Shown here in pieces: positions 30,042 to 39,252 of a stretch of 64,000 nucleotides of DNA. The stretch comes from Nitrospirota bacterium (GTDB taxonomy: Bacteria; Nitrospirota; Nitrospiria; JACQBZ01). Location of the stretch: positions 12,963-76,962 of the forward strand of contig JACQFA010000022.1 in the NCBI GenBank assembly GCA_016200255.1. The letters are read 5' to 3'. Each line of letters begins with the position of its first letter. Position 1 is the first letter of the stretch. The notes under the pieces are model-generated. The model saw only the letters and a program-made list of their open reading frames with translations. It was not told where the DNA came from and searched no databases. Both the position numbers and the translations under genes were made by a program.

Positions 30042-30805
30042 AATGGCTTGAGCTGCTCGGAGTCAGGACGACGAAATTTATCGAGGAGGTCGGACAGGTC
30101 TTCCTTCTCTTTCTCCAGACGATCAAATGGTCGCTCCGTCCCCCGCTCGGATTTCGGAATATCTTAAAACAAATGGAAGAGGTCGGCGTCCGTTCCATTC
30201 CGGTCGTCCTGATCACGGCCGTCTCAACCGGCATGGTTCTGGCCCTTCAGAGCCATACCGGCTTCAAGCGATTCAATGCCGAGAGCCTGGTCGGAACCGT
30301 CGTGGCGCTGTCCATGACCCGCGAGCTCGGTCCGGTCCTCACGGCCTTGATCGTCGCCGGCCGCGCCGGCGCGGCCATGGCGGCCGAGCTGGGCACCATG
30401 CGCGTCACCGAGCAGATTGATGCCTTGAGCACGATGGCCGCGAACCCGATCAAATACCTGATCGTCCCGAGGCTCCTGGCCGGAATGCTGATGCTCCCGA
30501 TCCTGACGATCTTCTCGGACGCCATTGGCATCGCGGGCGGTTATTTTGTGGCGGTGCAGGTGCTGAATGTCAACCCGGTCGTGTATTTGCGGCGCACGAC
30601 GGATTTTCTGGAGTATGACGACATCTATGGGGGGCTGCTCAAGGCCTTTGTGTTCGGAATCATCATCGCCACGGTCAGCTGTTACAAGGGATTCAACACC
30701 GAGGGCGGCGCGGAAGGCGTGGGAAAGGCCACAACCGGCGCGGTCGTTCTTTCCTCCATGCTGATCCTGATTTCGGACTATTTTCTCACGGCGATACTGT
30801 TCTAA
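30038..30805 (+). CDS. mlaE: Phospholipid ABC transporter permease MlaE
   Basis: 255 aa; multi-TM; MlaE/Ttg2B family; 4-nt overlap with alr. Confidence 0.85.
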   Translation: MKWLELLGVRTTKFIEEVGQVFLLFLQTIKWSLRPPLGFRNILKQMEEVGVRSIPVVLITAVSTGMVLALQSHTGFKRFNAESLVGTVVALSMTRELGPVLTALIVAGRAGAAMAAELGTMRVTEQIDALSTMAANPIKYLIVPRLLAGMLMLPILTIFSDAIGIAGGYFVAVQVLNVNPVVYLRRTTDFLEYDDIYGGLLKAFVFGIIIATVSCYKGFNTEGGAEGVGKATTGAVVLSSMLILISDYFLTAILF

Positions 30806-30816
30806 GAGAAAGCGTC

Positions 30817-31575
30817 ATGGGCGAACCGATGATCCAGCTGATTGATCTCTACAAATCCTTCGGGGACAACCGCGTCCTCCAGGGTGTGAACCTGACGATC
30901 GAGCGCGGCGAGACGATGGTGATCATCGGCGGCAGCGGTTCCGGAAAGAGCGTGATCTTAAAACATATCATCGGGCTGATGAAGCCGGATCGAGGAAAGG
31001 TGATCGTCGTCGGTCAGGACCTGTCCACCTTGAGGGAGCGCGCCTTGGACGAGTTGCGGAAGAAGTTCGGAATGCTTTTTCAGTACGCCGCGCTGTTTGA
31101 CTCCCTCATGGTCTGGGAGAATGTGGGCTTTTCGCTCCGCCAGCAGACGCATTTAAACGATCGCGAGATCAAGCAGGCGGCCATTGAAAAACTGTCCATG
31201 GTCGGTCTCCGAGGCGTGGAGGATCGCATGCCGGCCGATCTCTCGGGAGGAATGAAAAAACGGGTCGGCCTGGCCCGCGCGATCGCGATGGAGCCGGAAA
31301 TTTTACTGTATGATGAACCGACAACCGGTCTGGATCCGATCATGGCCGACGCGATCAACGAATTGATCCTCGAGATGAAACGACGTCTTCAGGTCACGGG
31401 CGCGGCGATCACCCATGACATGACCAGCGCATACAAAATTGCGGACCGGATCGCGATGCTGTATCAGGGAAAAATCCAGGCGGTAGGAACACCGGACGAG
31501 ATCAAGAACAGCAGCAATCCGATCGTCCATCAGTTCGTGACCGGCAGTTCCATCGGGCCGATCAAGACGGTGTAA
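30817..31575 (+). CDS. mlaF: Phospholipid ABC transporter ATP-binding protein MlaF
   Basis: 252 aa; Walker A GGSGSGKS, signature LSGGMKKR. Confidence 0.85.
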   Translation: MGEPMIQLIDLYKSFGDNRVLQGVNLTIERGETMVIIGGSGSGKSVILKHIIGLMKPDRGKVIVVGQDLSTLRERALDELRKKFGMLFQYAALFDSLMVWENVGFSLRQQTHLNDREIKQAAIEKLSMVGLRGVEDRMPADLSGGMKKRVGLARAIAMEPEILLYDEPTTGLDPIMADAINELILEMKRRLQVTGAAITHDMTSAYKIADRIAMLYQGKIQAVGTPDEIKNSSNPIVHQFVTGSSIGPIKTV

Positions 31576-31615
31576 ATGTCATGAATGGTTTAACAGAAAG
31601 GATGCCGTCCATCTT

Positions 31616-33061
31616 ATGCGATTAAGCGCTGAGGCCAGAGTCGGATTGGTCGTTCTGCTCGGGGTGATCGTCCTGACCTACATGACATTTACCGTGGGCG
31701 GATATCATTTCGGCCGTGAAACCGGCTATCGCCTCTTTGCACTCTTCGACACCGTCGCCGGCCTGGACGCCAAATCGGGCATCAAAGTCGCCGGTGTCGA
31801 GGTCGGGAAGGTCGAGGTCATCGCGCTGCAGGATGGACAAGCCAAGGTCACGCTGCGGATCAAGCCGGAGGTCAAACTCCGCAAAGGGACCGAAGCCGCC
31901 GTTCGGGCCACCGGACTTTTAGGCGAAAAGTATATCGAGCTCATCCCGGGGAAGAAAGAGGCTTATCTCAAAGACGGAGATTCCCTGACCGTCAGCGAGA
32001 AGGTGGCCGATCTGGACCGGCTGATCAACCAGTTCAGCGGAATCGCGGCCGACATCAAAATGGTCAGCGCCTCTCTGCGTGAAGCGCTCGGAACCGACGA
32101 GGGCAAACAGTCGCTCAAGGATATCGTGGCCAATATCCGCGAGCTCAGCCGGAATCTCAGCGTCACGGTCAAAGACAACCGCGAGAATTTCACGAAGGCC
32201 GTCGCCAATATCCAGGAGGCCAGCTCGTCTCTGAAAACGGACCTGCCGAAACTGATGGAAAGCCTCAACCGGACGTCCGAGAAGTTGGAGGCGATCGCGA
32301 CCAAGGTTGAGCGAGGCGAAGGGACGCTGGGCAAGCTTATTCAGGACGAGGGCATCTACAAGAAGCTCGATTCGACTCTGGAAGGCCTGAGCAACATCAC
32401 GAAGAAAGTTGAAAAGGGCGAAGGCACGATCGGAAAACTCTTTTCGGATGAAAAGGCCTACGATCAGATCACGACGGCGCTGGAAGGCCTGAGTAATGCC
32501 GTGACCCGCATCGAACGGTTCAAGACCGTCGTTGGATTCCGAAATGAATACCAGTTTGATTCTCACGAAAACAAAGGCTACTTTTCAGTCCAGCTCCAGC
32601 CCCGGGAAGACAAATATTACCTGCTGGAGCTGGTGGATGACCCTCGCGGACGGGTCACCCAGACCACCACGCAGATCGACAATAACCCGCCGGTCGTGGA
32701 GTACAACACGGAACACAGGCTAAAATTGAACGCCGAGTTTGGACGGCGATTCTCGGATCTGGGCCTTCGGCTGGGACTGATGGAAAACAGCTTCGGTGCG
32801 GGCGCCGATCTTTATCTCTTCAATGATGCCCTGAAGTTCAGCGCGGACGCCTGGGATTTTAACAGCGACGACCCGCTGAACAATCACCCCCATCTCAAGG
32901 CCACCGCCAGTTATTCCTTCTTTAAGTACCTCTTCGTGCAAGGGGGCTACGACAACTTTCTCAACCGGAAGATCGACACCGGTTTTGCCGGCGCTGGTCT
33001 CCGCTTCGAGGACGACGATCTCAAATACCTCCTCGGCAGCGGCATGCTGAAAGCGAAATAG
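31616..33061 (+). CDS. mlaD: MCE-domain protein (MlaD family), unusually long (481 aa) with an internal duplicated ~35-aa coiled-coil module and an extra C-terminal domain
   Basis: N-terminal TM plus MCE domain; the repeat KVE(R/K)GEGT(L/I)GKL...LEGLSN occurs twice; C-terminal 150 aa of unknown fold. Confidence 0.75.
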   Translation: MRLSAEARVGLVVLLGVIVLTYMTFTVGGYHFGRETGYRLFALFDTVAGLDAKSGIKVAGVEVGKVEVIALQDGQAKVTLRIKPEVKLRKGTEAAVRATGLLGEKYIELIPGKKEAYLKDGDSLTVSEKVADLDRLINQFSGIAADIKMVSASLREALGTDEGKQSLKDIVANIRELSRNLSVTVKDNRENFTKAVANIQEASSSLKTDLPKLMESLNRTSEKLEAIATKVERGEGTLGKLIQDEGIYKKLDSTLEGLSNITKKVEKGEGTIGKLFSDEKAYDQITTALEGLSNAVTRIERFKTVVGFRNEYQFDSHENKGYFSVQLQPREDKYYLLELVDDPRGRVTQTTTQIDNNPPVVEYNTEHRLKLNAEFGRRFSDLGLRLGLMENSFGAGADLYLFNDALKFSADAWDFNSDDPLNNHPHLKATASYSFFKYLFVQGGYDNFLNRKIDTGFAGAGLRFEDDDLKYLLGSGMLKAK

Positions 33062-33115
33062 TCCAATGCAGTCAGATGTGAAACGGCAGCCGTCTGGGAT
33101 AGGGATGCCACCGGA

Positions 33116-33634
33116 ATGAACCGGACGGATCCACATAAAAAAGGCGTGATCCTCGTGGGACACGGAGCGGCGGCGAAGGACTGTCCGCGGGATCTGGTGA
33201 TGAAGCTGAAAGCACTGGAAGCCCAGCGACAGCGCGCGGGCGGAGAACCATCGATGGAGGAGAAGGAATTGGACGCGCGCATCCGGAACTGGCCGAGGAC
33301 AGCCCGGAATGATCCGTACAAGACCGGTCTGGAATCGCTCGCGGATCATTTGCGAGCGGAGCTGAACAGCACGGCGCTGGCCGTCGCCTACAACGAGTTC
33401 TGCTCCCCGTCTCTGGAGGAAGCGGTCGAAGGAATGCTTTCGAATGGGATCCAAGAGATCTCGGTCATCCCTTCGATGATGACGCCGGGCGGCGTCCATT
33501 CCGAGATCGAAATTCCGGATATCCTGGAGAAACTGAGGAAACATCATCCCGCCGCTAAAATTCATTATGCATGGCCGTTTGATCTGAGCCGTGTCGCCCA
33601 ATTACTCACCGAGCATCTCGACCATCGTCATTGA
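33116..33634 (+). CDS. cbiX: CbiX/SirB-type sirohydrochlorin chelatase (small CbiX)
   Basis: 172 aa; ILVGHGAA N-terminal motif and overall CbiX-like layout; the assignment is from motif recollection only. Confidence 0.6.
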   Translation: MNRTDPHKKGVILVGHGAAAKDCPRDLVMKLKALEAQRQRAGGEPSMEEKELDARIRNWPRTARNDPYKTGLESLADHLRAELNSTALAVAYNEFCSPSLEEAVEGMLSNGIQEISVIPSMMTPGGVHSEIEIPDILEKLRKHHPAAKIHYAWPFDLSRVAQLLTEHLDHRH

Positions 33635-33697
33635 CAAACCCGCCGTGAGTACAGTAACCTTGCTTGCTTTATTCTAACCCGTGAGACGAGTCAGGCC

Positions 33698-34375
33698 ATG
33701 TACGGAATCCGAGGGATACAGCTCAGCCAATCCTACCGCCATTATCAGGTATTAAAAGAAGTCTCGTTTGAGGCGGCCCCGGGAGAATGCTATGCGTTGT
33801 TCGGTCCCAACGGCGCCGGAAAGACGACCCTCCTCAAGATTCTGGCGACGCTTCAGAAACCCTCATCGGGGCGGTTCGAGATGATGGGCCATGACGGAAT
33901 CCGGGACCGGAATCGGGTCCGCGAAATTCTGTTGATGATCGCCCACGGGTCGTATCTCTACAACGAACTGGACGCCGTCGAAAACCTCCGGTTCGCTCTC
34001 GGTCTTCGTGGGTTGTCCCCTGCGACCCGCGAAATCAAGCTTGCGCTGGACCGGGTCGGGATCGGTGCGTTTGCGGATTTCAAGATCCGTTCCTTCTCGG
34101 AAGGAATGAAAAAACGGCTCTCGATCGCCAGGGCGATGCTGGTCCGGCCCAAAGTGCTTCTGATGGACGAACCCTACTCGTCTCTGGATGAACGGGGCAT
34201 GAAGATCATGAACGACTTCATTCGGGAGTCCGCCGGGCAGGGGGCCGCCGTACTGATGACCTCCCACAACCGTGTCCAGTCGGCCGAGGTGGCCGGTAAA
34301 GCCGGGGTCCTGCTTCAGGGAGTGCTGCGTGAAATCGCCGTGAAGGATCTGGTCGCCGCCCATGAACTTTTTTAA
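33698..34375 (+). CDS. ccmA: Heme exporter ATP-binding protein CcmA
   Basis: 225 aa; Walker A GPNGAGKTT; first gene of a ccm operon. The RBS is weak. Confidence 0.8.
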   Translation: MYGIRGIQLSQSYRHYQVLKEVSFEAAPGECYALFGPNGAGKTTLLKILATLQKPSSGRFEMMGHDGIRDRNRVREILLMIAHGSYLYNELDAVENLRFALGLRGLSPATREIKLALDRVGIGAFADFKIRSFSEGMKKRLSIARAMLVRPKVLLMDEPYSSLDERGMKIMNDFIRESAGQGAAVLMTSHNRVQSAEVAGKAGVLLQGVLREIAVKDLVAAHELF

Positions 34376-35039
34376 TGTGATCCGATGGCTCGCCTGGAAG
34401 GACCTCCTCAGCGAGTTGCGGAGCCGTGAGAACATCTCCTCGATGTTCTTTTTCGCGCTGATCGTCATTCTGATTTTCAGCTTCAGTTTTTCGATGGATC
34501 AGCAGACGGCGAAGGAACTGATGCCGGGCATCATGTGGGTGGCTTTCGTTTTCACGGGGATCATCGGCCTGGGCAAATCCTTCACGGCCGAGCTGCAGAA
34601 CGACTGCCTTGAAAATCTCCAGATGAATCCGATCCCGCGCGGCGCGATCTATCTCGGCAAATTGGCCAGCAACCTTCTTTTTATGCTGATCGTCGAGGTG
34701 ATTTTATTCCCGTTGTTCGTGATCTTCTTCAATCTGGACGTTTTTGAAAAGCTTCCGCTATTTGTGTTAATATTAACCACGGGCACCCTGGGAGTTTCGG
34801 CCGTCGGCACGCTTTTTTCGGCCATGACGGTCCAGATCCGGGCCCGCGAGGTGATGCTCCCGATCCTGTTGCTGCCGCTGATCGTGCCGGTCATGATCGG
34901 CGCGGTGGAAGCCACGGGAGGCGTGCTGAGAAGCGAGCCGATCTCGCTTTACCGTCAATGGATCGAACTGCTGATCATTTTTGATGTCATCTTCACGATC
35001 GTCTCGTTCTGGTTGTTTGAATTTATTCTGGATCATTAA
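34362..35039 (+). CDS. ccmB: Heme exporter permease CcmB
   Basis: 225 aa; 6 TM; overlaps ccmA by 14 nt. Confidence 0.8.
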   Translation: MNFFNVIRWLAWKDLLSELRSRENISSMFFFALIVILIFSFSFSMDQQTAKELMPGIMWVAFVFTGIIGLGKSFTAELQNDCLENLQMNPIPRGAIYLGKLASNLLFMLIVEVILFPLFVIFFNLDVFEKLPLFVLILTTGTLGVSAVGTLFSAMTVQIRAREVMLPILLLPLIVPVMIGAVEATGGVLRSEPISLYRQWIELLIIFDVIFTIVSFWLFEFILDH

Positions 35040-35075
35040 AAGAAAAAGGGAGGGACGACGCAAGCCCCTGTAGAA

Positions 35076-35774
35076 ATGATTCGCAAAATTCGAAAATATG
35101 AAGGCTGGTTTGGAGCAACCGGAGCGGTTTGCATCGCGGTCGGCCTTTATTTCGGTCTGGCGGCCTCGCCTCCCGATTCGTATCAGGGCGAGGTGGTCCG
35201 GATCATGTACGTCCATGTCCCTTTTGCCAGCACCTCGATGACAGCCTACGGCGTTCTGACGGTGGCCAGCCTGTGGTATCTCTGGAAGCGGGACCCGTTG
35301 ATCGACAATCTGGCGCATGCCAGCGCGGGAATCGGCGTCTTTTTTACCTCCGGGGCGCTCTACACCGGCTCGATCTGGGGCAAGCCGACCTGGAACACCT
35401 GGTGGACTTGGGACGCGCGTTTGGTTTCATTCACCATTCTATTGTTGATCCTGATCGGTTATCTCATGCTTCGAACCTTCATCGAGGATAAGGAACGGGA
35501 GTCGCGTTACGCCGCCATCCTGGCGATCGTCGGCGCGGTGGATCTCCCCATTGTTCATTTTTCGGTCGAGTGGTGGCGCACGCTCCATCAGCCGCTTTCA
35601 ATCTCCCAGCGCGGGGTCGCGATCGCCGGCGTCATGCTCTATCCGCTCATCCTCATGTCGGTGGGCTTCTACCTGCTCTTTACTTATATGGTGGGAGTCC
35701 GCACCCAGATGCTCTATCTTAAGCAGCTGCTGGAGGCCAAAAAGGGCCGGCTGCTGGGCGAGGTTCATCTGTGA
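35076..35774 (+). CDS. ccmC: Heme exporter / heme-handling protein CcmC
   Basis: 232 aa; WWD domain WGKPTWNTWWTWDARL. Confidence 0.9.
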   Translation: MIRKIRKYEGWFGATGAVCIAVGLYFGLAASPPDSYQGEVVRIMYVHVPFASTSMTAYGVLTVASLWYLWKRDPLIDNLAHASAGIGVFFTSGALYTGSIWGKPTWNTWWTWDARLVSFTILLLILIGYLMLRTFIEDKERESRYAAILAIVGAVDLPIVHFSVEWWRTLHQPLSISQRGVAIAGVMLYPLILMSVGFYLLFTYMVGVRTQMLYLKQLLEAKKGRLLGEVHL

Positions 35775-35784
35775 GCCTATTCCA

Positions 35785-36279
35785 ATGAAGGGATTTTATC
35801 TCCGATGGACGGGATTGTTGCTGGTCGGCATCTGGATCGTTGCGGTCGGCGCACAGTACTATTACCGCGAGGTGCGGCCTCTCACTCCGGAACAAGTCGC
35901 AAGAGAACATCCCGCCGGATCCGTCCGCATGATCGGGATGGTCGAGGCCGGTAGTATGGTCAAGGAGGCCGCTTCCACCCAAATCCAGCTTTCTCTCATC
36001 GGAAACGGACAGCGGATCCCGGTCGTCTATGAAGGAAACGATCAGGACAGCCTCCGGGACATTAAGACCCTGGTGGTGGTTGGACGGTGGGATAATACGA
36101 GACAACGATTTATGGCCCAAAAAATCAATCTGATCCCGAATTACGGATTTATCACGGCGGCCTATCTGGTGATGATCCCCATGGCCCTTTTCCTTTTTGT
36201 GATGGAACGACGGGTCCGGTTGCTGTATAATGAAATCAAGTTGTCGAAGATTTACGAACCGGAGGTCGGCGGACTTTGA
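35785..36279 (+). CDS. CcmE-like OB-fold paralog lacking the heme-binding His, with an additional C-terminal TM helix (occupies the ccmD position)
   Basis: 164 aa; aligns to the adjacent CcmE (RMIGMVEAGSM vs RVGGMVVQGSM; IPVVYEG vs IPVDFEG; LVVVGRWD vs AVVEGFWD), but the MAKHSEDY heme-His segment is replaced by MAQKINLIPNY. N-terminal TM plus a C-terminal TM with a basic tail (CcmD-like). The RBS is weak. Confidence 0.6.
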   Translation: MKGFYLRWTGLLLVGIWIVAVGAQYYYREVRPLTPEQVAREHPAGSVRMIGMVEAGSMVKEAASTQIQLSLIGNGQRIPVVYEGNDQDSLRDIKTLVVVGRWDNTRQRFMAQKINLIPNYGFITAAYLVMIPMALFLFVMERRVRLLYNEIKLSKIYEPEVGGL

Positions 36280-36728
36280 GCAAGGGCAAAAAAATAGGCC
36301 TGGTTTTCAGTATTCTCGTGATCGCGGGAGGGTTGTTTTACCTCGGTCTGGGCCAGTTCGGGAAAAACCTGGTTTATTTCTTCACGCCTTCCGAAGTGAT
36401 CGGGTTTAATCAGGATTACTACGGTAAAAAAATCCGGGTCGGCGGAATGGTCGTCCAGGGAAGCATGCAGGTCGTTCCCAATACGCTTAAGATCAGCTTC
36501 CGATTAACGGACGGCGCCGCCACGATCCCGGTCGATTTCGAAGGAATTCCGCCCGACCTTTTCAAAGAGGGGAAGGGCGCCGTCGTCGAAGGGTTTTGGG
36601 ATACACAAAAACGGTTCCATTCCAACCTGATCATGGCCAAGCATTCCGAGGACTACATGCCCATCGAAATGAAGCAGGCCGGGATCCAGTTTCCCAAGAA
36701 GGACCTTCTGAAAACCTTGCAGCAGTAG
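36276..36728 (+). CDS. ccmE: Cytochrome c-type biogenesis heme chaperone CcmE
   Basis: 150 aa; N-terminal TM, OB fold, heme-binding His in LIMAKHSEDYMP. Confidence 0.85.
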   Translation: MSKGKKIGLVFSILVIAGGLFYLGLGQFGKNLVYFFTPSEVIGFNQDYYGKKIRVGGMVVQGSMQVVPNTLKISFRLTDGAATIPVDFEGIPPDLFKEGKGAVVEGFWDTQKRFHSNLIMAKHSEDYMPIEMKQAGIQFPKKDLLKTLQQ

Positions 36729-36751
36729 ATATCCAGCGAGCGAGAGGTTGC

Positions 36752-38698
36752 ATGTTTATTGAGATCGGTCATTTTGCCGTCATTCTGGCATTGGTTCTCT
36801 CCGTGGTCGGCATCGTCAGTCCCGTTCTGGGGCTGAAAACCAACCGGCCCGATTGGGTCCGGATCGGCCGACAGGCCGTCACGCTGAATTTCTTCCTCGT
36901 CTCGATCGGAATGGCCGCGATGATCTATTCCTTCCTCACCAACGATTATTCCGTCAGGTACGTCGCAGCCACCTCCAACAGCAAGCTCCCGATCTTCTAC
37001 AAGGTGGCCGGCTTGTGGGGAGGACATGAAGGCTCGCTGCTGCTCTGGGTCTGGATCCTGACGGCCTACAGCACCCTCGTGGTCTGGATGCATTGGAGAA
37101 CTCAGCCGGTCACGATGCCGTATCTGGTGTCGGTGCAGTCGCTGATCATGTTCGGATTCCTGGCGATGATCGTCTTCCTTTCCAATCCGTTCGAACGCAT
37201 TTTTCCTGTTCCACTGGATGGGAAGGACCTCAATCCACTGCTTCAGGATCCGGCGATGGTGGTTCATCCCCCGATGCTCTACCTGGGCTATGTCGGTTTT
37301 TCGATTCCGTTCGCCTTTGCGATGGCGGCCCTGTTCTCCGGGCGGCTGGGTGAAGAATGGATCAAGGTCACTCAGCGCTGGACGCTTTTCGCCTGGATGG
37401 CGCTGACGACGGGCATCCTGATGGGAGGGTACTGGGCCTATTACGAACTGGGATGGGGTGGTTATTGGGGCTGGGACCCGGTCGAAAATGCCTCGTTCAT
37501 GCCCTGGCTGGTGGGCACCGCGTTCTTGCACTCGGTGATGGTTCAGGAAAAAAGGAAGATGTTCAAAGTCTGGAACCTTTTTCTGATCATCGTCACCTTC
37601 TCTCTCTCTCTGATCGGAACCTTTCTCGTTCGGAGCGGCGTCCTGTCTTCGGTCCATAGCTTTGCGACCGACCCTGGACGCGGGTTGTACATCTTGGTCT
37701 TTCTATCCGTCATGTTGGCCTTGGGCTTTGGAACCCTCATCGTCCGTTCGGGGAAACTCAAAAGCCAGATCGAGCTGGACTCGATCATCTCCAAGGAGTC
37801 CGCTTTTCTCTTTAATAATCTATTTTTTCTGGTCGCGGCGGCGACCGTCTTTTTGGTAACCCTCTACCCGCTTCTGATCGAGACGCTCAAGACGGCCAAG
37901 GTCAGCGTCGGTCCCCCGTATTATAACGCGGTCTTCATGCCGGTGGCGCTCGGTCTGTTGCTGATGATGGGAATCGGGCCCTCGATCGCCTGGCGCAAGG
38001 CCTCCACGGATAACCTGAAGAAGAACTTTCTGCTTCCGACTCTCATCGCCGTCATCGCAACCGTCGCCGCCTGGCTGATCGGGATACGGACGGTTTTCGG
38101 TATGGCCGGCGCCCTGACCGTTTCCTTCGTGGCCTCGACGATCTTTATCGATTTCGCAAAAATTTCTGCGCTCTGGGCTCGGCGCCATGAGATCAATTAT
38201 CTGCTTGCGTTTTATCAAGCCTTCACCAACAACCAGCGACGCTATGCCGGTATCGTGACCCATATCGGCGTACTCGTCATGGTCGTCGGGATCATCGCCT
38301 CCACCGTTTACCAAGTTGAAAAAGTGGTTCCCATGCGCATCGGCGATACGATGCAGTTGAAAGAATACACGATCCGCATGGTCGGTCTGCATGAAGTCTC
38401 GGGCGCGAACTGGACGGCACAGGAAGGCCTCTTCGAGGTCTATAAAGGAGAGGAACTGCTCACGGTGCTCCGACCCCAGAAGCGGCTCTACCCCGTATCA
38501 CAAACCCCCACCACGGAGGCGGCCCTCTACACCATCCATCTTGGGCACGTATTTCTGACGATGCCCGAGGTCGGGTCGGACAGCGTCACCGTGCGAGGGC
38601 TGATCAATCCGCTTATCCTGCTGGTCTGGATCGGCGGCGGGATCATGGCCTTGGGCGTCATTCTCAATATTTTCAGACCCAGGATGAAGACACCGTGA
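36752..38698 (+). CDS. ccmF: Cytochrome c-type biogenesis protein CcmF (heme lyase component)
   Basis: Start MFIEIGHF with GAGAGG RBS (the track ORF's 52 upstream codons are rejected); WWD domain WGGYWGWDPVEN; about 15 TM. Confidence 0.9.
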   Translation: MFIEIGHFAVILALVLSVVGIVSPVLGLKTNRPDWVRIGRQAVTLNFFLVSIGMAAMIYSFLTNDYSVRYVAATSNSKLPIFYKVAGLWGGHEGSLLLWVWILTAYSTLVVWMHWRTQPVTMPYLVSVQSLIMFGFLAMIVFLSNPFERIFPVPLDGKDLNPLLQDPAMVVHPPMLYLGYVGFSIPFAFAMAALFSGRLGEEWIKVTQRWTLFAWMALTTGILMGGYWAYYELGWGGYWGWDPVENASFMPWLVGTAFLHSVMVQEKRKMFKVWNLFLIIVTFSLSLIGTFLVRSGVLSSVHSFATDPGRGLYILVFLSVMLALGFGTLIVRSGKLKSQIELDSIISKESAFLFNNLFFLVAAATVFLVTLYPLLIETLKTAKVSVGPPYYNAVFMPVALGLLLMMGIGPSIAWRKASTDNLKKNFLLPTLIAVIATVAAWLIGIRTVFGMAGALTVSFVASTIFIDFAKISALWARRHEINYLLAFYQAFTNNQRRYAGIVTHIGVLVMVVGIIASTVYQVEKVVPMRIGDTMQLKEYTIRMVGLHEVSGANWTAQEGLFEVYKGEELLTVLRPQKRLYPVSQTPTTEAALYTIHLGHVFLTMPEVGSDSVTVRGLINPLILLVWIGGGIMALGVILNIFRPRMKTP

Positions 38699-39252
38699 TC
38701 AAGACCTGGCATTTTGTTCTCGTGATCATCATTGCGGGAGTTTTGTCCCTATTCTATAAGGGACTTTGGGGCGATCCCCGTGCAATTCCGACCGTCCTCA
38801 TCGGGACGCAGGCCCCGATCGTCTCCGGACCGGAGGTTCGGACCGGTGAAATGATTTCAACCGGCCGGTTCCAGGGCAAGGTGATCCTGATCAATTTCTG
38901 GGCCTCATGGTGCCTAGAATGTCGTACGGAGCATGAAAATCTGTTGGCTCTCAATCGACGATTCGGTTCGAATCCGGATTTTGTGATGCTGGGGATCAAT
39001 TACCAGGACCGGGAGGAGGATGCCCGGCAATATCTTCAGGTCAACGGCAGCAACTTCGACCATGTCCGGGACCTGAAAGGGATGATCTCAATCGACTACG
39101 GCGTCTACGGCGTGCCGGAAACCTTCGTCATTGATCAAAAGGGCGTGATCCGCTATAAATATGTCGGCCCGCTCGTGGGTCAGGCCTACTCCTATTTAAC
39201 CGAATCGGTTCTTCAGCCGCTGCTGGAGCGACGACCTTTCCCGAGTTCATGA
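38695..39252 (+). CDS. ccmG: Thiol:disulfide interchange protein CcmG/DsbE
   Basis: 185 aa; N-terminal TM; WASWCLEC thioredoxin motif. Confidence 0.85.
   Translation: MIKTWHFVLVIIIAGVLSLFYKGLWGDPRAIPTVLIGTQAPIVSGPEVRTGEMISTGRFQGKVILINFWASWCLECRTEHENLLALNRRFGSNPDFVMLGINYQDREEDARQYLQVNGSNFDHVRDLKGMISIDYGVYGVPETFVIDQKGVIRYKYVGPLVGQAYSYLTESVLQPLLERRPFPSS

Noticed and set aside
35551-35784. 78-codon N-terminal extension of the CcmE-like ORF overlapping ccmC
   Set aside because: It is out of frame with ccmC over 220 nt, and Ser/Arg/Cys-rich junk. The ATG at 35785 follows the ccmC stop.
36653-37657. 334-aa minus-strand ORF antisense to ccmF; likewise antisense ORFs 17147-17827, 21010-22158, 33863-34468, 45556-46671 and 32720-33601
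   Set aside because: All lie opposite well-supported genes and show Arg/His/Gly/Asp-rich antisense composition.
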